A stretch of 64,000 nucleotides of DNA. Origin: SAR324 cluster bacterium. Its GTDB lineage: Bacteria; SAR324; XYD2-FULL-50-16; HCM1. The stretch lies in the NCBI GenBank assembly GCA_002995645.1, contig PUHO01000017.1:918-64917 (forward strand). The letters run 5' to 3'. Below the pieces are notes generated by a model, which was given only the letters and a program-made list of their open reading frames with translations, did not search any database and was not told where the DNA came from. Each line of letters begins with the position of its first letter. Position 1 is the stretch's first letter. The translations under genes and the position numbers were made by a program. This document shows positions 39,971-50,149 of the stretch, in pieces.

Positions 39971-41560
39971 ATGATAACAAAGTACGTTAATCAATCCTTT
40001 TTGCAATCTGATCTATTTTATTTTTTACTTTGCCTTATTTCTGCTTGCTTACTTGGCTTGCCTTTTTATGTTCCTAGTCTATTTTTTACTGTATGGATTG
40101 GTTGGATCCCTTTTTTATATGTTATAGAAAAACTGCCTTTGAAAAAAGTGTACTATTTTTCTTTGTTAATGAGTTTTTCTTTTATTGCTTTTATAGGATA
40201 TTGGATATATAACTTTTCTGAGATTTCGCTTAACTTAGCTTGGTATCTTTCTTTACTCATTGCCGTTCTTGCTTGGTTTTATACGGCACATAGTATTATT
40301 GTTCCTGTGTTGTTACATCAATGGCTTAAGCCCTATTTTTCGCGCTTTGTTTCGCTTTGTTGCTTTGCGTCTATGCTTACGTTAAGCCTTAGCTTATTCC
40401 CTGCCGTTTTTCCTTATACGTTTAGTTCAACGCAACTTAGCTTCCTTACTGTTTTGCAACCGATTGATATTACCGGCGAACTAGGGATTGATTTTTTAAT
40501 ACTACTTGTTAATATTACGTTATTTGATTTTTTCTTTTTATCACAAAGAAAAACAAAAAACTATCATTTCCTTGTTGGCACTTTCTTAGTGATTTGGCTA
40601 GCTATAGGCGCAGGAAAACAATATTATTGGAATACTAAAATAGAGTCGTGGCATAACATAAAAACAATTGGACTAGTACAACCAAACCACCCTATTCAAT
40701 ATGATGATACTCCTCATAGATTAGGTAATAATAAATGGGATATGCCGTTAGAAATGGAAATGAGTCAACAAGCTACGGCAAAGCAAAAGTTTGATTTTTT
40801 AGTTTGGCCGGAAGGTTTTTTCTATCGTACTTTTTATAATATACCGATAAGAAATGCGTTTGGAAGTTATGTTCGAGAGATGCAAACACCTATTATTTAT
40901 GTAGATATAGATCACAAAGTAAGTATAGATAAATTCAAAGAAAATCATTATCTTGCGTCTGTGTATATGAATAAACAAGGAGTCATTCAAAATAAATACT
41001 ATAAAATGAAACTAGTGCCGTTTGGTGAAAAATCGCCTTTTATTTTGGAGATTCCTTTTATAAGAGATTGGTTTGCTGATTTTATTGAAGATGGCTTGAC
41101 TGCTGGAAAAGAAGCGCAAATTTTCCCTATTGAAAACGTAAACCTTGCACCTGTTCTTTGTTATGAGTCGCTATTTCCTTTTTTTGTTGTTAAAGCAATT
41201 CGCAAAGGCACGACACACGGTAAAATGTTACTAGTACAATCGCAAGACGTTTGGTACGGTCACACAATCGCAGCTTGGTCGCATATGAAAATGTCCGCAA
41301 TACGAGCTATTGAAAATAGAGTTCCTTTGATTCATGTAATTAATAACGGACCTAGCAATGCATTTTTACCTAATGGAAAGCTAATAGCGCATGCCCCTAT
41401 GTTTAAACAGGTTGTGCAAACTATTGCTATGCCGTTTGACGAAACAAGCGGCGGTAGTTTCTTTACACAATATCCATATACGTTTATTTCTATTTTAGTG
41501 CTTTTTACTTTGTTTTATATTATACAAGGATTAGTTGCAAAGTATGTTAAGAAGCAATAG
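39971..41560 (+). CDS. lnt: apolipoprotein N-acyltransferase
   Basis: 529 aa. Multi-TM N-terminal half plus a CN-hydrolase domain with VWPE, the K in YYKMKLVPFGE and the catalytic Cys in LCYES. Confidence 0.85.
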   Translation: MITKYVNQSFLQSDLFYFLLCLISACLLGLPFYVPSLFFTVWIGWIPFLYVIEKLPLKKVYYFSLLMSFSFIAFIGYWIYNFSEISLNLAWYLSLLIAVLAWFYTAHSIIVPVLLHQWLKPYFSRFVSLCCFASMLTLSLSLFPAVFPYTFSSTQLSFLTVLQPIDITGELGIDFLILLVNITLFDFFFLSQRKTKNYHFLVGTFLVIWLAIGAGKQYYWNTKIESWHNIKTIGLVQPNHPIQYDDTPHRLGNNKWDMPLEMEMSQQATAKQKFDFLVWPEGFFYRTFYNIPIRNAFGSYVREMQTPIIYVDIDHKVSIDKFKENHYLASVYMNKQGVIQNKYYKMKLVPFGEKSPFILEIPFIRDWFADFIEDGLTAGKEAQIFPIENVNLAPVLCYESLFPFFVVKAIRKGTTHGKMLLVQSQDVWYGHTIAAWSHMKMSAIRAIENRVPLIHVINNGPSNAFLPNGKLIAHAPMFKQVVQTIAMPFDETSGGSFFTQYPYTFISILVLFTLFYIIQGLVAKYVKKQ

Positions 41561-42173
41561 GCTTACGATCTAAAAGTGAGCAGAAGAGCGCTTAAGTAGT
41601 CGATAAGTTGCATTAAGAGGCAAATCTACCTGGCAAGTAAAAGCGGGGCAAATTGCTTGCTTTATTCGCTAATTAGAAGTAATAAGCAAAGCAATAAATT
41701 TAGTGCTTTTTACTTTGTTTTATATTATACAAGGATTAGTTGCAAAGTATGTTAAAAAGAAGCAATAGGCTTACGAGCTAAAAGTAAGAAGAGCGCTTAA
41801 GTAGCCGATAAGTTGCATTAAGGGGTAAATCTACCTGGCAAGTAAAAGCGGGGCAAATTGCTTGCTTTGTTCACTAATTAGAAGTAATAAGCAAGACGAC
41901 AAATGTAATGCTTTTTATTTTATACTCTACAAGAATTAGTTGCAAAGTATGTTAAAAGCAATAGGCTTACGAACTAAAAGTAAGAAGAAGAGCGCTTAAG
42001 TAGCCGATAAGTTGCATTAAGAGGTAAATCGCACCGGCAAGTAAAAGCGGGGCAAATTGCTTGCTTTGTTCACTTTTCAAGATAACGTAAAAAGGCTTTA
42101 CAAAAGGATAAAGTAACCCGTCCATTACACGAATAAAGTGATTTCCAAAATTAGAAGTAATAAGCAAAGCAAC
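41496..42173. repeat. three tandem units (205-bp period) made of the lnt 3' end plus the 3' end and an internal piece of the convergent yggT-like gene
   Basis: TA(G/A)TGCTTTTTA(C/T)TTT starts units at 41496, 41701 and 41906. Each carries ...GTTGCAAAGTATGTTAA..AGCAATAGGCTTACG(A/C)..., which is the lnt stop region. Each also carries ...GCGCTTAAGTAG(T/C)CGATAAGTTGCATTAAG...AAAAGCGGGGCAAATTGCTTGCTTT, which is the yggT-like 3' end. Confidence 0.85.
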
Positions 42174-42572
42174 AAAATAAACAAGGCTAAGAATTAAGAA
42201 TAATTGTAAAACTGTTTGTATGACCCTAGTTAATCCAAGGATAAACAGCAAAGTAACTTGTTTAGTAACAAATATGGCAGGTAATTGATGAGCAACTGCC
42301 GCAGTGATAGATTGAATCGTTCCAACAAGAAAGATTTGCAGGAAAATAATAAATAATAGCGATACGTAAGGGGCAATGCTATGACGTACCGGAAGATGAT
42401 CGCCAATCCAACGCCATACTGGTAAAGTTAGTTTTTCTATAATTTGAACGAAAGGACGACGTGGATCCGGTTGAAACCAAGAAAGTAAAAAGGCAATTAA
42501 ATGTATCCATAAGTAAACTTCTAGAGAAACAGATACTACCGTTTTTAAAATAGAAAGGCTAGAAAGAAGCAT
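41967..42572 (-). CDS. YggT-family integral membrane protein
   Basis: 201 aa and four or more TM segments. Two YGGT-like repeats (LLSWFQPDPRRPFVQIIEKLTLPVWRWI ; ...FIRVMDGLLYPFVKPF). Confidence 0.6.
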   Translation of the reverse strand: MLLSSLSILKTVVSVSLEVYLWIHLIAFLLSWFQPDPRRPFVQIIEKLTLPVWRWIGDHLPVRHSIAPYVSLLFIIFLQIFLVGTIQSITAAVAHQLPAIFVTKQVTLLFILGLTRVIQTVLQLFLILSLVYFVALLITSNFGNHFIRVMDGLLYPFVKPFYVILKSEQSKQFAPLLLAGAIYLLMQLIGYLSALLLTFSS

Positions 42573-42575
42573 AGT

Positions 42576-43325
42576 TTATAATCTTAAAAGTTCTAAAGCT
42601 TGCAGTAAAGGCGAGGTTTTATTTAGCGGCGTAGTAAATTCACAACCAAATAAATATTGATTGTTTTTTCGTGTAATATGTTTAATTCGCAATGGGAATT
42701 CTACTTTTGTAGACCCGCCTTCTTCCTGAAAAATAGCTTGTAGTTCGCTGTCTATGGTAAAAAGTTTTGAACTAAGAAAACTTAACCCGGTTGCAGAATA
42801 ATCTTGCAATCTATATTCTTCTTGGCTTCCGCGTATTTTGATAGTTCCAATAATATTATATCTATTGTGTTGCCTTACTAAGATGGCAGAATCATCAATT
42901 TCATCTGAAAAGTCGGAGTTTTCTAAAAAGTCGTCTAGCTCTGAATCAATCAAAGCGTGGTCTAATTCATCGTCTTCTATGTTTAATTCTTGCTGTTCAA
43001 AGTTTAAACTATGTGTTAAATCTTTTTCTAACGACGCAAAATCAACGGACGGAACAAGAGTAATATCCGGATATTGCGTTTCTAACGAAGGCTCGTTTTG
43101 TTTTGTTTCATCTAGCTCAAAATCAACCGGAGTAAGGTCAAATTCTTTTTTTTCTTCCATTTCATATAGCAATTTTGAAGCAATTTCAAGATCTTTTTTG
43201 CTAATAGTTTTTGTTTTAGCAATAGGCGTAACAACGACTTTAGCATTTTTTGTTAAGTATAACGGTTCTTGTAAATGTATGGTATTATTTGCAAAAATAC
43301 CTTTAATAGAGAACATAGATAACAC
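42576..43325 (-). CDS. PilZ-domain protein (putative c-di-GMP receptor) with an acidic linker
   Basis: 249 aa. The C-terminal domain carries RQHNRY (RxxxR) and DYSATGLSF (D/NxSxxG), the two PilZ signature motifs. Confidence 0.6.
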   Translation of the reverse strand: MLSMFSIKGIFANNTIHLQEPLYLTKNAKVVVTPIAKTKTISKKDLEIASKLLYEMEEKKEFDLTPVDFELDETKQNEPSLETQYPDITLVPSVDFASLEKDLTHSLNFEQQELNIEDDELDHALIDSELDDFLENSDFSDEIDDSAILVRQHNRYNIIGTIKIRGSQEEYRLQDYSATGLSFLSSKLFTIDSELQAIFQEEGGSTKVEFPLRIKHITRKNNQYLFGCEFTTPLNKTSPLLQALELLRL

Positions 43326-43394
43326 CTAAGATAAGTAAATAATTTATAAGATAACCTATTCTATTCTACTTTGGCAAGCAAAACAAAAAGAAAA

Positions 43395-44516
43395 TTATAG
43401 ATGAGTTAAAGTATAGTTTTGTCCGGCTAAAGCTTGAATATATCCTTTTAACTCTAACACAGTTAAAGCCTGCATTATTTCTTGATACGGTTTGTTAAGA
43501 TTGGCAACAATAGTATCAATTTGCGTTGGCGTTGCTTCTAGCATGGAAAGGATATCTTTTTCTATAGGCAATAAAGTTTCTTTTGTTGCTGCCGTTGCTG
43601 TAGCTGGCGTTTGCATCTGTGTTTGTAAAAAAGTATATTCTTCAAGGATATCTTCCGGATCTAAGACAAGCTTAGCGTTGCCTTTTTGTATGAGTCGATT
43701 AGACCCTCTTGTAAAATGAGAATTAGGTGCGCCTGGAAAAGCAAATACTTCTTTGCCTTGTTCTAATGCAAAATTGGAAGTAATACGAGATCCGCTTTTT
43801 TCACCGGCTTCTACAACAACGACTCCTTGCGAGATACCGCTAATAATACGGTTTCGTAAAGGAAAATTAGAAGGGATAGGTGATTGTAACATAGGAAATT
43901 CAGAAATCACGGCGCCGCCTTGCTCAATAATTTGCCTTGCTAGATTAGTGTGTTGCTCCGGATAGACAAAGCAAAGACCGTTGCCCAGTACGGCAATAGT
44001 AGGTAATTTCGCCTCTAGCGCCGCTTGGTGCGCAATAGAATCAATGCCATAAGCTAACCCGCTAACAATGACCGTTTTAGAATGTATTCTAGCTAGCTTT
44101 ATAATAGTTTCGCGACAAGTTGTTTTAGCAATATACGAAGCTTTTCTTGCTCCAATAAAAGCAAGCGTTAGGTATTCAGCTAGGTTAATAGAATTCCCTT
44201 TTTGATATAATACAACAGGTGGAGACGCAATATTTTTTAGCAAAGCCGGGTAATTGTCATCGTCAAAGCATATAAGCGTTACTTGCTCTTTTTCAATTAA
44301 TTCTTCTTCTTTAGCAAGTAGAGGCGAAGATAATGCCTCTAAGATAGCGTTTTTAGTTTCGGCAGTAATAAAAGGAAGCGGTTCTAGTTGTTGCCTTGAA
44401 GCAGTAAGCACCGCGTTAATAGAGCCAAATTGTGAAACAAGTTTAAGTATTTTTACCGGACCTAGTTTAGGAATAAGCCACAAAGCAAGCCATTGTTTTT
44501 GTGTAGTTGAAAGCAT
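43395..44516 (-). CDS. dprA: DNA-processing protein DprA (Smf)
   Basis: 373 aa with DprA Rossmann-like blocks (VSGLAYGIDSIAHQAAL, GAVISEFP, RNRIISG, VVVVEAGEKSGS). Confidence 0.9.
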   Translation of the reverse strand: MLSTTQKQWLALWLIPKLGPVKILKLVSQFGSINAVLTASRQQLEPLPFITAETKNAILEALSSPLLAKEEELIEKEQVTLICFDDDNYPALLKNIASPPVVLYQKGNSINLAEYLTLAFIGARKASYIAKTTCRETIIKLARIHSKTVIVSGLAYGIDSIAHQAALEAKLPTIAVLGNGLCFVYPEQHTNLARQIIEQGGAVISEFPMLQSPIPSNFPLRNRIISGISQGVVVVEAGEKSGSRITSNFALEQGKEVFAFPGAPNSHFTRGSNRLIQKGNAKLVLDPEDILEEYTFLQTQMQTPATATAATKETLLPIEKDILSMLEATPTQIDTIVANLNKPYQEIMQALTVLELKGYIQALAGQNYTLTHL

Positions 44517-44524
44517 AAGTATAA

Positions 44525-45781
44525 TTATAAATTATTTAACGTAATTTGCGCTTTATTAGAAGAAACGCTATTTGGGAAATAGGCGGTGGTTTGTTGAAAA
44601 TAATATTTTGCTTTTGCTAGGTTGTTTAGTTTTAAGTAGCTTTTTCCTAGCATAAGGATTGCATCAGGCGTTTTATATCCGTCTATGGTCTTGCCGTGTT
44701 TATAGTTTTGTAAGACTGCTCTAAATGCGGCAATAGCTTTATGATAGTTTTTTAAATGATACTGTGCGCAGCCAATCCAAAATTGACTATTGTCAGCATC
44801 TTGCGAGTTAGGGTATTGTTTTAAAAACTTAGTAAAAAGAATAATAGATTTTTTATATTTACCAAGAGAATAGCTTTTGAATGCTTGATTATAGCTAGTT
44901 TGCGCCTCTGGCATAACCCACAAAGAAATAGGCGCCGGACTTTCTTCTAGTAAAGGATCTATAAACTTAGGAACAGTCGCTACTTTTTTATTAAATGCCG
45001 GTACAGGAAGAATAGGCTGCTTTTTTTTAATAGGTACCGTATTGGTTGTTACGGCGCTAGGTAGTGGCGTGTTTGCCGTATTAGGATATAGAGGCGGTAA
45101 ACTAGCTTGCGTTGTTGTCGGTTTTGCCGTTGCTTTAGCTTGCTTTGTTGGTTGTTTCTGTGTTTTGCTAGCTACTTTTGTTGGTGTTGCTACTTTTTTT
45201 TGTTTTGCTGCTAATGCTTGTTGCTTTTTATGTGCTTTTTGTTTTTCTGAAGGCAATAAGAACACTGTTTCAATTGGTTCTTTTGCCGGTACGTTCGTAG
45301 CTAATTTATTTTGTTTCTTAGGCGTTTCTACTTTTTTCTTGCTTGTTGTGTTTGGTGCTTTTTTTGCCGGTATAGTAGGTTTTCCTTTTTTAGAAAGCAA
45401 TGAATTAAAAGCTTGTTTTTGTTGTGCTTTTGGTAAAGAATGCGTTCCTTGTTCTACAAGGTTTAATTCGCCGTTTTGTAAAGGAATTTCGCCAATAGTA
45501 TCTTTTTTTTGAATTTGCGGCGTTTTTTCAATTTGATCTTGTCTTTGTAGATTTTTTTCCATTAGTTGTAACGTGATTTCCATACGTCGCAACTGTTGTT
45601 TATATTGTTTCTTATTTTTTTCTTCTATTGTATGTAATTCTTTAATTTTTTGATTCAGTCGATCTATTTCTTTTCTATGTTGTACGTCGCTTTGCGTCGT
45701 TTGACGCGGTGCAAAACCAGCGCAACTAGTAAGAAAAAGTAAACAACAAAAGAAAAAAACAATGTTTTTATTGCGTGACAT
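44525..45781 (-). CDS. lipoprotein with a coiled coil, a Lys/Pro/Thr/Ala-rich linker and a C-terminal YbgF/CpoB-like TPR domain
   Basis: 418 aa with lipobox LFLTSCAG. The C-terminal about 120 aa match the CpoB pattern (Y..A.......Y..(S/A)I..F..F(I/L)..YP.S..A..(S/A).(Y/F)W(I/L)G...). Confidence 0.65.
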   Translation of the reverse strand: MSRNKNIVFFFCCLLFLTSCAGFAPRQTTQSDVQHRKEIDRLNQKIKELHTIEEKNKKQYKQQLRRMEITLQLMEKNLQRQDQIEKTPQIQKKDTIGEIPLQNGELNLVEQGTHSLPKAQQKQAFNSLLSKKGKPTIPAKKAPNTTSKKKVETPKKQNKLATNVPAKEPIETVFLLPSEKQKAHKKQQALAAKQKKVATPTKVASKTQKQPTKQAKATAKPTTTQASLPPLYPNTANTPLPSAVTTNTVPIKKKQPILPVPAFNKKVATVPKFIDPLLEESPAPISLWVMPEAQTSYNQAFKSYSLGKYKKSIILFTKFLKQYPNSQDADNSQFWIGCAQYHLKNYHKAIAAFRAVLQNYKHGKTIDGYKTPDAILMLGKSYLKLNNLAKAKYYFQQTTAYFPNSVSSNKAQITLNNL

Positions 45782-46544
45782 TATGATTTAAAGAAGCATA
45801 TTGGTTTAAAATTGCTTGCCATTTTTCAGCTTGTTTAGGTTGCTTGATTTTTTTATAAGCAAGGATTATTTTTTTTAATACTAAATTTTTATCTTTATAT
45901 CCAGGATAGTACTTTAATAAATATAAATAACGAGCAATAGCAGATGCGTATAGTTCTTGATCATAGTACCAATTACCTATATTATCTTCATGTTCGGATA
46001 AGTATTGTTTTGAAAGAGTAAGGTACTTTTGCGAATCTTGTAAATAAAGATTATGTGGATACATTAAATAAAAACGTTCGTATGCGTTGATGATATTTTT
46101 AAATGGTTCGCTACTTCGTTTAGCAGCGTACGAATCCCCAAAAAGAATACTTTTTGTTTTATCAAAGTTAAGTTCAATAAGCTTCGCAAGTGCATAAGGA
46201 ACAAGATGACTAGAAGCGTTTTGCCGTAAAAAAATCTTATAATTCTCTTCTGCCGTTTTAATGTCGTCTGCGGAACTTCCTTCGCGCATAGCAATATCAC
46301 CAAGTTTTAAATAAGCATAATTTGCATATTTTGTTTCAGGATAGTTTTCCGTAATATCAGAAAGTAAGGTTTTAGCCTGGGTATAGTTTTCAATATCAAT
46401 ATAATATAAAGCTAAGTTATAGTTAGCTACAATAGTTTTTGCCCCTACTTGCGTTTCAGCGCAACTATTTAGCAATAAAAAAGAAAATATTACTAATAAA
46501 CAAAAAATAGGTCTTATACGTATAGGCATCATTTTAACAAGCAT
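45768..46544 (-). CDS. bamD: outer-membrane protein assembly factor BamD
   Basis: 258 aa with lipobox LLLNSCAE and TPR-like repeats in a BamD/YfiO arrangement. It lies upstream of and overlaps the cpoB-like gene. The start may be a few codons downstream. Confidence 0.7.
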   Translation of the reverse strand: MLVKMMPIRIRPIFCLLVIFSFLLLNSCAETQVGAKTIVANYNLALYYIDIENYTQAKTLLSDITENYPETKYANYAYLKLGDIAMREGSSADDIKTAEENYKIFLRQNASSHLVPYALAKLIELNFDKTKSILFGDSYAAKRSSEPFKNIINAYERFYLMYPHNLYLQDSQKYLTLSKQYLSEHEDNIGNWYYDQELYASAIARYLYLLKYYPGYKDKNLVLKKIILAYKKIKQPKQAEKWQAILNQYASLNHNVTQ

Positions 46545-46711
46545 AAAAAAAGAAAGTTAGTTAACTAGACTATGATATATAAAAGAGTTTAAATTTATAT
46601 ATATACATAAACATATTATATCATGTATACTACAAAAATACTTTTATGTATAGTTAAATTCTGTTATATATGTTAAAAACCATTGTAGATTAATTAAATT
46701 TTTGCACGCTA

Positions 46712-48076
46712 ATGTTATTTTCTTATTTCCTTTCTTTTTTATATTTTATCATTCCTATTGCCATAATGTTATTTATTCCCTATTTAACTTTACTCCATAT
46801 TTCGAAAAATGAAAAAAAGAGAGAATGGGTTAAACGACAATTTTGGCTACAACCTAATTTTTTAAGTGCTTCACGTTATCCTATGGGATTCGTATCTATT
46901 TTAATATACTTTTTTGGAGAAATGAGCGGGCATGTATGGATAAAATATTTTGCTATTTATTGGTTTTCTTTTTGGTTAGTAACTGATTTACTAGACGGCG
47001 TAATTGCTCGTAAATTTGAATTGATTTCAGAGAAGGGAAAAATTTTAGATCCCTTTTCTGATAAATTAATGTTGTTTCCAGCGTTGTTTTATTTTGCTTG
47101 GTACGACGATATTAGTATGTCTTGGTTATTAGTATTTTTTGTTATTGATATTATCGGGCAATCGTCACGTTATTTTATTAAAAATAAATCGGCTAATTTA
47201 TTTGGTAAAGCAAAAACACCCATGGCGGCTTTTGTTTTGTTCCTTGTTATTGTTAATGATCTAGATATTATCCAAATTACTAAGTTAAGTCCGGATTTGA
47301 TTTCCGTTTGTTTATATGCAACGATTGTTCTAGCTTTATGTAGTTTGATTTTTAAGGTTATTCCTACTTATTGGTATGCTAATATACTGAGTTTGTTAAA
47401 TATGACTTGTGGTATTATTGGTATTTACCTTATTCTTTTTTACAATAAAACAGAACTTGCCTTTGCCGCTTGTTTTATTGGTCAATTTTTAGATTTGTTT
47501 GACGGTCGCGCCGCCATGAAATGGGGAAGTACGCCTAAAGGCGCTTGGTTTGACACTGTCGGCGATGCCGTTAATTTTGGCGGTACCGGTAGTTTGCTTA
47601 TTTATTACTCGTTTCAAAATAAAACAATCGCTCTTATCCTTGCTTTAATTTACTTATTTGCTACTCTTTTTAGATTAATTCGTTATACTGTGAATAAGTC
47701 TACTACAACGTATCGTACTGAAGAAGAAAAACAAAATGCCGCGTTAAGCTTTTCAGGCTTGCCTGCGCCGGCAGGTATGCTTTTTATTGGAAGCACTGCT
47801 CTACTTGCTTTAAGTACGTACACAAAAATAGGCTTGCTTATTGTTGCTTCTTTTTTAATGATTTCTAAAATACCTTTTGCTCATTTTGGGCGACTTGTTC
47901 TTCCTAATCTTTCACCGATTCAGACTGTTGTCGGCTTATTACTTTGCTTTTTTATTACGGCACTTAGCTTGCTAACTAAAAATACGCAGTGGTTATATAG
48001 TTTCCTTTTGTTTGCTTTATTAATCTATTTTGTCTATGGTTTTGTCTTTTTACATAAATATAAAAAATCTAATTAA
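46712..48076 (+). CDS. membrane protein with two CDP-alcohol phosphatidyltransferase domains (PgsA-like + PssA-like fusion)
   Basis: 454 aa. The first motif, DGVIARKFELISEKGKILDPFSD, is a perfect DG(x)2AR(x)8G(x)3D(x)3D. The second, DGRAAMKWGSTPKGAWFDTVGD, has the same spacing with R replaced by M. Confidence 0.7.
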   Translation: MLFSYFLSFLYFIIPIAIMLFIPYLTLLHISKNEKKREWVKRQFWLQPNFLSASRYPMGFVSILIYFFGEMSGHVWIKYFAIYWFSFWLVTDLLDGVIARKFELISEKGKILDPFSDKLMLFPALFYFAWYDDISMSWLLVFFVIDIIGQSSRYFIKNKSANLFGKAKTPMAAFVLFLVIVNDLDIIQITKLSPDLISVCLYATIVLALCSLIFKVIPTYWYANILSLLNMTCGIIGIYLILFYNKTELAFAACFIGQFLDLFDGRAAMKWGSTPKGAWFDTVGDAVNFGGTGSLLIYYSFQNKTIALILALIYLFATLFRLIRYTVNKSTTTYRTEEEKQNAALSFSGLPAPAGMLFIGSTALLALSTYTKIGLLIVASFLMISKIPFAHFGRLVLPNLSPIQTVVGLLLCFFITALSLLTKNTQWLYSFLLFALLIYFVYGFVFLHKYKKSN

Positions 48077-48087
48077 TACGTAAGCCT

Positions 48088-49059
48088 ATGTCTGTTATAA
48101 AGCAAATTCAAGACGTCCTTGCTTTAGAAGAAAAAACTTTGCAAGACGTTCGCCTTCAAGTTAATTCTTCTTTTGAAAAAGCAGTTAACTTATTATATAA
48201 TACAACAAATATAGTTTGTTTTTTTGGCGTTGGAAAATCCTATCATATTGCGGCAAAAATAGCTTCAACGTTAGCTTCAACAGGAACAAGGGCAGTTTGC
48301 CTTCATCCTTCGGAAGCGCAACACGGTGATCTTGGCGTTGTTCGTGAAAAAGACACTGTTGTTTTATTAAGTAAATCAGGGGAAACAGAGGAAATGCTTC
48401 AGCTGCTTCCGGCATTACGTTTATTACAATGTTCTATTATCTCTATAGTTAGCTCTAAAGAATCAAAGATTGCTAAACTAGCGGATATTGTGTTATACGT
48501 CCCTGTTAAAGAAGAAGCTTGCGCCTTAAAGTTAGCGCCTACTTGTTCCACTACGGCAATGTTAGCCGTTGGCGATGCCCTTGCGGTTGTGTTAATGCGG
48601 AAAAAGAACTTTACAAAAGAAGAATTTGCTTTACGCCACCCTGCCGGTTCTCTTGGTAAGCAGCTTTTATACACTGTTAAAGACGTTATGAGTAAAGACG
48701 AAATGAATCCTACCGTTTTATTATCCGCTTCGTTTGAAACGGTGCTTGATCTTATTATGCAATATAAAATGAACGCCCTTTCTGTTGTGAACGAAGCAAA
48801 CGAATTTCAAGGCATGATTACAAGTTATGATATTCGTAAAACGTTAAAACAATATTTACATACAAAAACAAATCTAGAAGAGCAAACTGCCGCCACTATT
48901 ATGAATAAGCAAGCTACTACCATTGACGTTACTATGCTTGCGCTACGTTGTTTTGAAGCAATGAAACGAAAACAGCTACCTAAAATAGTACCGGTTTTAC
49001 AAGAGGGCAAAACAGTAGGCATGCTTAGTATAGATCAACTTTTATTAGTCGGCTTTTAA
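48088..49059 (+). CDS. kdsD: arabinose-5-phosphate isomerase (KdsD/KpsF/GutQ family; SIS + CBS pair)
   Basis: 323 aa with a SIS-domain pattern (GVGKS..IA.KIASTLASTG, SKSGETEE) and C-terminal tandem CBS. Adjacent to a lipid A acyltransferase gene. Confidence 0.85.
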   Translation: MSVIKQIQDVLALEEKTLQDVRLQVNSSFEKAVNLLYNTTNIVCFFGVGKSYHIAAKIASTLASTGTRAVCLHPSEAQHGDLGVVREKDTVVLLSKSGETEEMLQLLPALRLLQCSIISIVSSKESKIAKLADIVLYVPVKEEACALKLAPTCSTTAMLAVGDALAVVLMRKKNFTKEEFALRHPAGSLGKQLLYTVKDVMSKDEMNPTVLLSASFETVLDLIMQYKMNALSVVNEANEFQGMITSYDIRKTLKQYLHTKTNLEEQTAATIMNKQATTIDVTMLALRCFEAMKRKQLPKIVPVLQEGKTVGMLSIDQLLLVGF

Positions 49060-49061
49060 CA

Positions 49062-49994
49062 ATGAAACGTATATTTTATATTCTCATAGGACATATTTTA
49101 GCATTTCCTTTTTATATGCTAACAATTATACTTCCCTATAAAGCGCATATTACTATAGGAAAGTTACTAGGTCTTACTTTGTATAAATGTAAATTAAGAC
49201 GCTCTATAGTTGAAAAAAATCTCCAAATCGCATTTGAAAAAGAGAAAACAAAAGCAGAGCTGAAAGAAATTTGTAAACAAAATTATATAGTTAACGGTAT
49301 TCAAATATGGATATATGCTATACATGCTTTACGTTTTACAAATAAATACCTTGCCGCTATTTTAGATCTAGAAAAAGCGTGGGAACTGGTAAGAGAAACC
49401 ACAAAAGATGATCCCGGATTTGTTGGTTTAAATATGCACACTACTAGCTTGATTTCAAGTTGGCTTACGTTAACACTACCAAAAACAAAGACACAAGAGC
49501 TGTATTATTTATATGCTTCACGTAATGTTTTTATAGAGTATAAATATTCTAAGTCAGCATATAAAAGAGGAAAGAAACCAATTAATCGCTATAATAAAAA
49601 GCAAATGATGGATTTAATACGGAACTTTAGAAATGATAATACGGTGATTTATACGGCGTTAGACACGAACGTGCCGAATAAAGATTTGTTTGTTACGTTT
49701 TTTTCAAAGCAAGTTTCTATTGGTAAACCTATGTTTGAATTGATTATAAAGCATAAAAAACCGGTTTACCTGATGCATGCTGAATACCAAGGGAAAAATC
49801 AGCCTTCACCTTATATTATACAAATGCAGAAACTTAATTATACTATTACAGGTGATAAAGAGAAAGACGTACAAAATCTTGCATCTTTATATACTAGTAA
49901 AATAGAAGAGTATGTAAAAACCTGTCCGGAGCAGTATTATTGGGTTCATAGACGTTTCAAAACAAGACCGGACGGCGAAGCCCCAAGGTATTAA
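49062..49994 (+). CDS. lipid A biosynthesis (Kdo)2-lipid IVA acyltransferase, LpxL/HtrB family
   Basis: 310 aa with an N-terminal TM anchor and the C-terminal family motif PEQYYWVHRRFKTRP. Confidence 0.7.
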   Translation: MKRIFYILIGHILAFPFYMLTIILPYKAHITIGKLLGLTLYKCKLRRSIVEKNLQIAFEKEKTKAELKEICKQNYIVNGIQIWIYAIHALRFTNKYLAAILDLEKAWELVRETTKDDPGFVGLNMHTTSLISSWLTLTLPKTKTQELYYLYASRNVFIEYKYSKSAYKRGKKPINRYNKKQMMDLIRNFRNDNTVIYTALDTNVPNKDLFVTFFSKQVSIGKPMFELIIKHKKPVYLMHAEYQGKNQPSPYIIQMQKLNYTITGDKEKDVQNLASLYTSKIEEYVKTCPEQYYWVHRRFKTRPDGEAPRY

Positions 49995-50092
49995 GTAAGT
50001 TTATAAAAACTACGACAACATATGCAAACAATTTTTTAACGTGCCTTTTTTTATGTAAAATCATTTTGTTCCTGTTATTTATTAAATATCTG

Positions 50093-50121
50093 TTTACAAA
50101 ATGTTAATATATTGTTATATA
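50093..50121 (+). promoter_or_regulatory. candidate sigma70-type promoter upstream of cas9
   Basis: TTTACA (50093-50098), a 17-nt spacer, then TATATA (50116-50121). GGAGG at 50142-50146 precedes the cas9 ATG. The A+T-rich context means this may be a chance match. Confidence 0.3.
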
Positions 50122-50149
50122 AAGATAAAGTTATTATATATGGAGGAAA

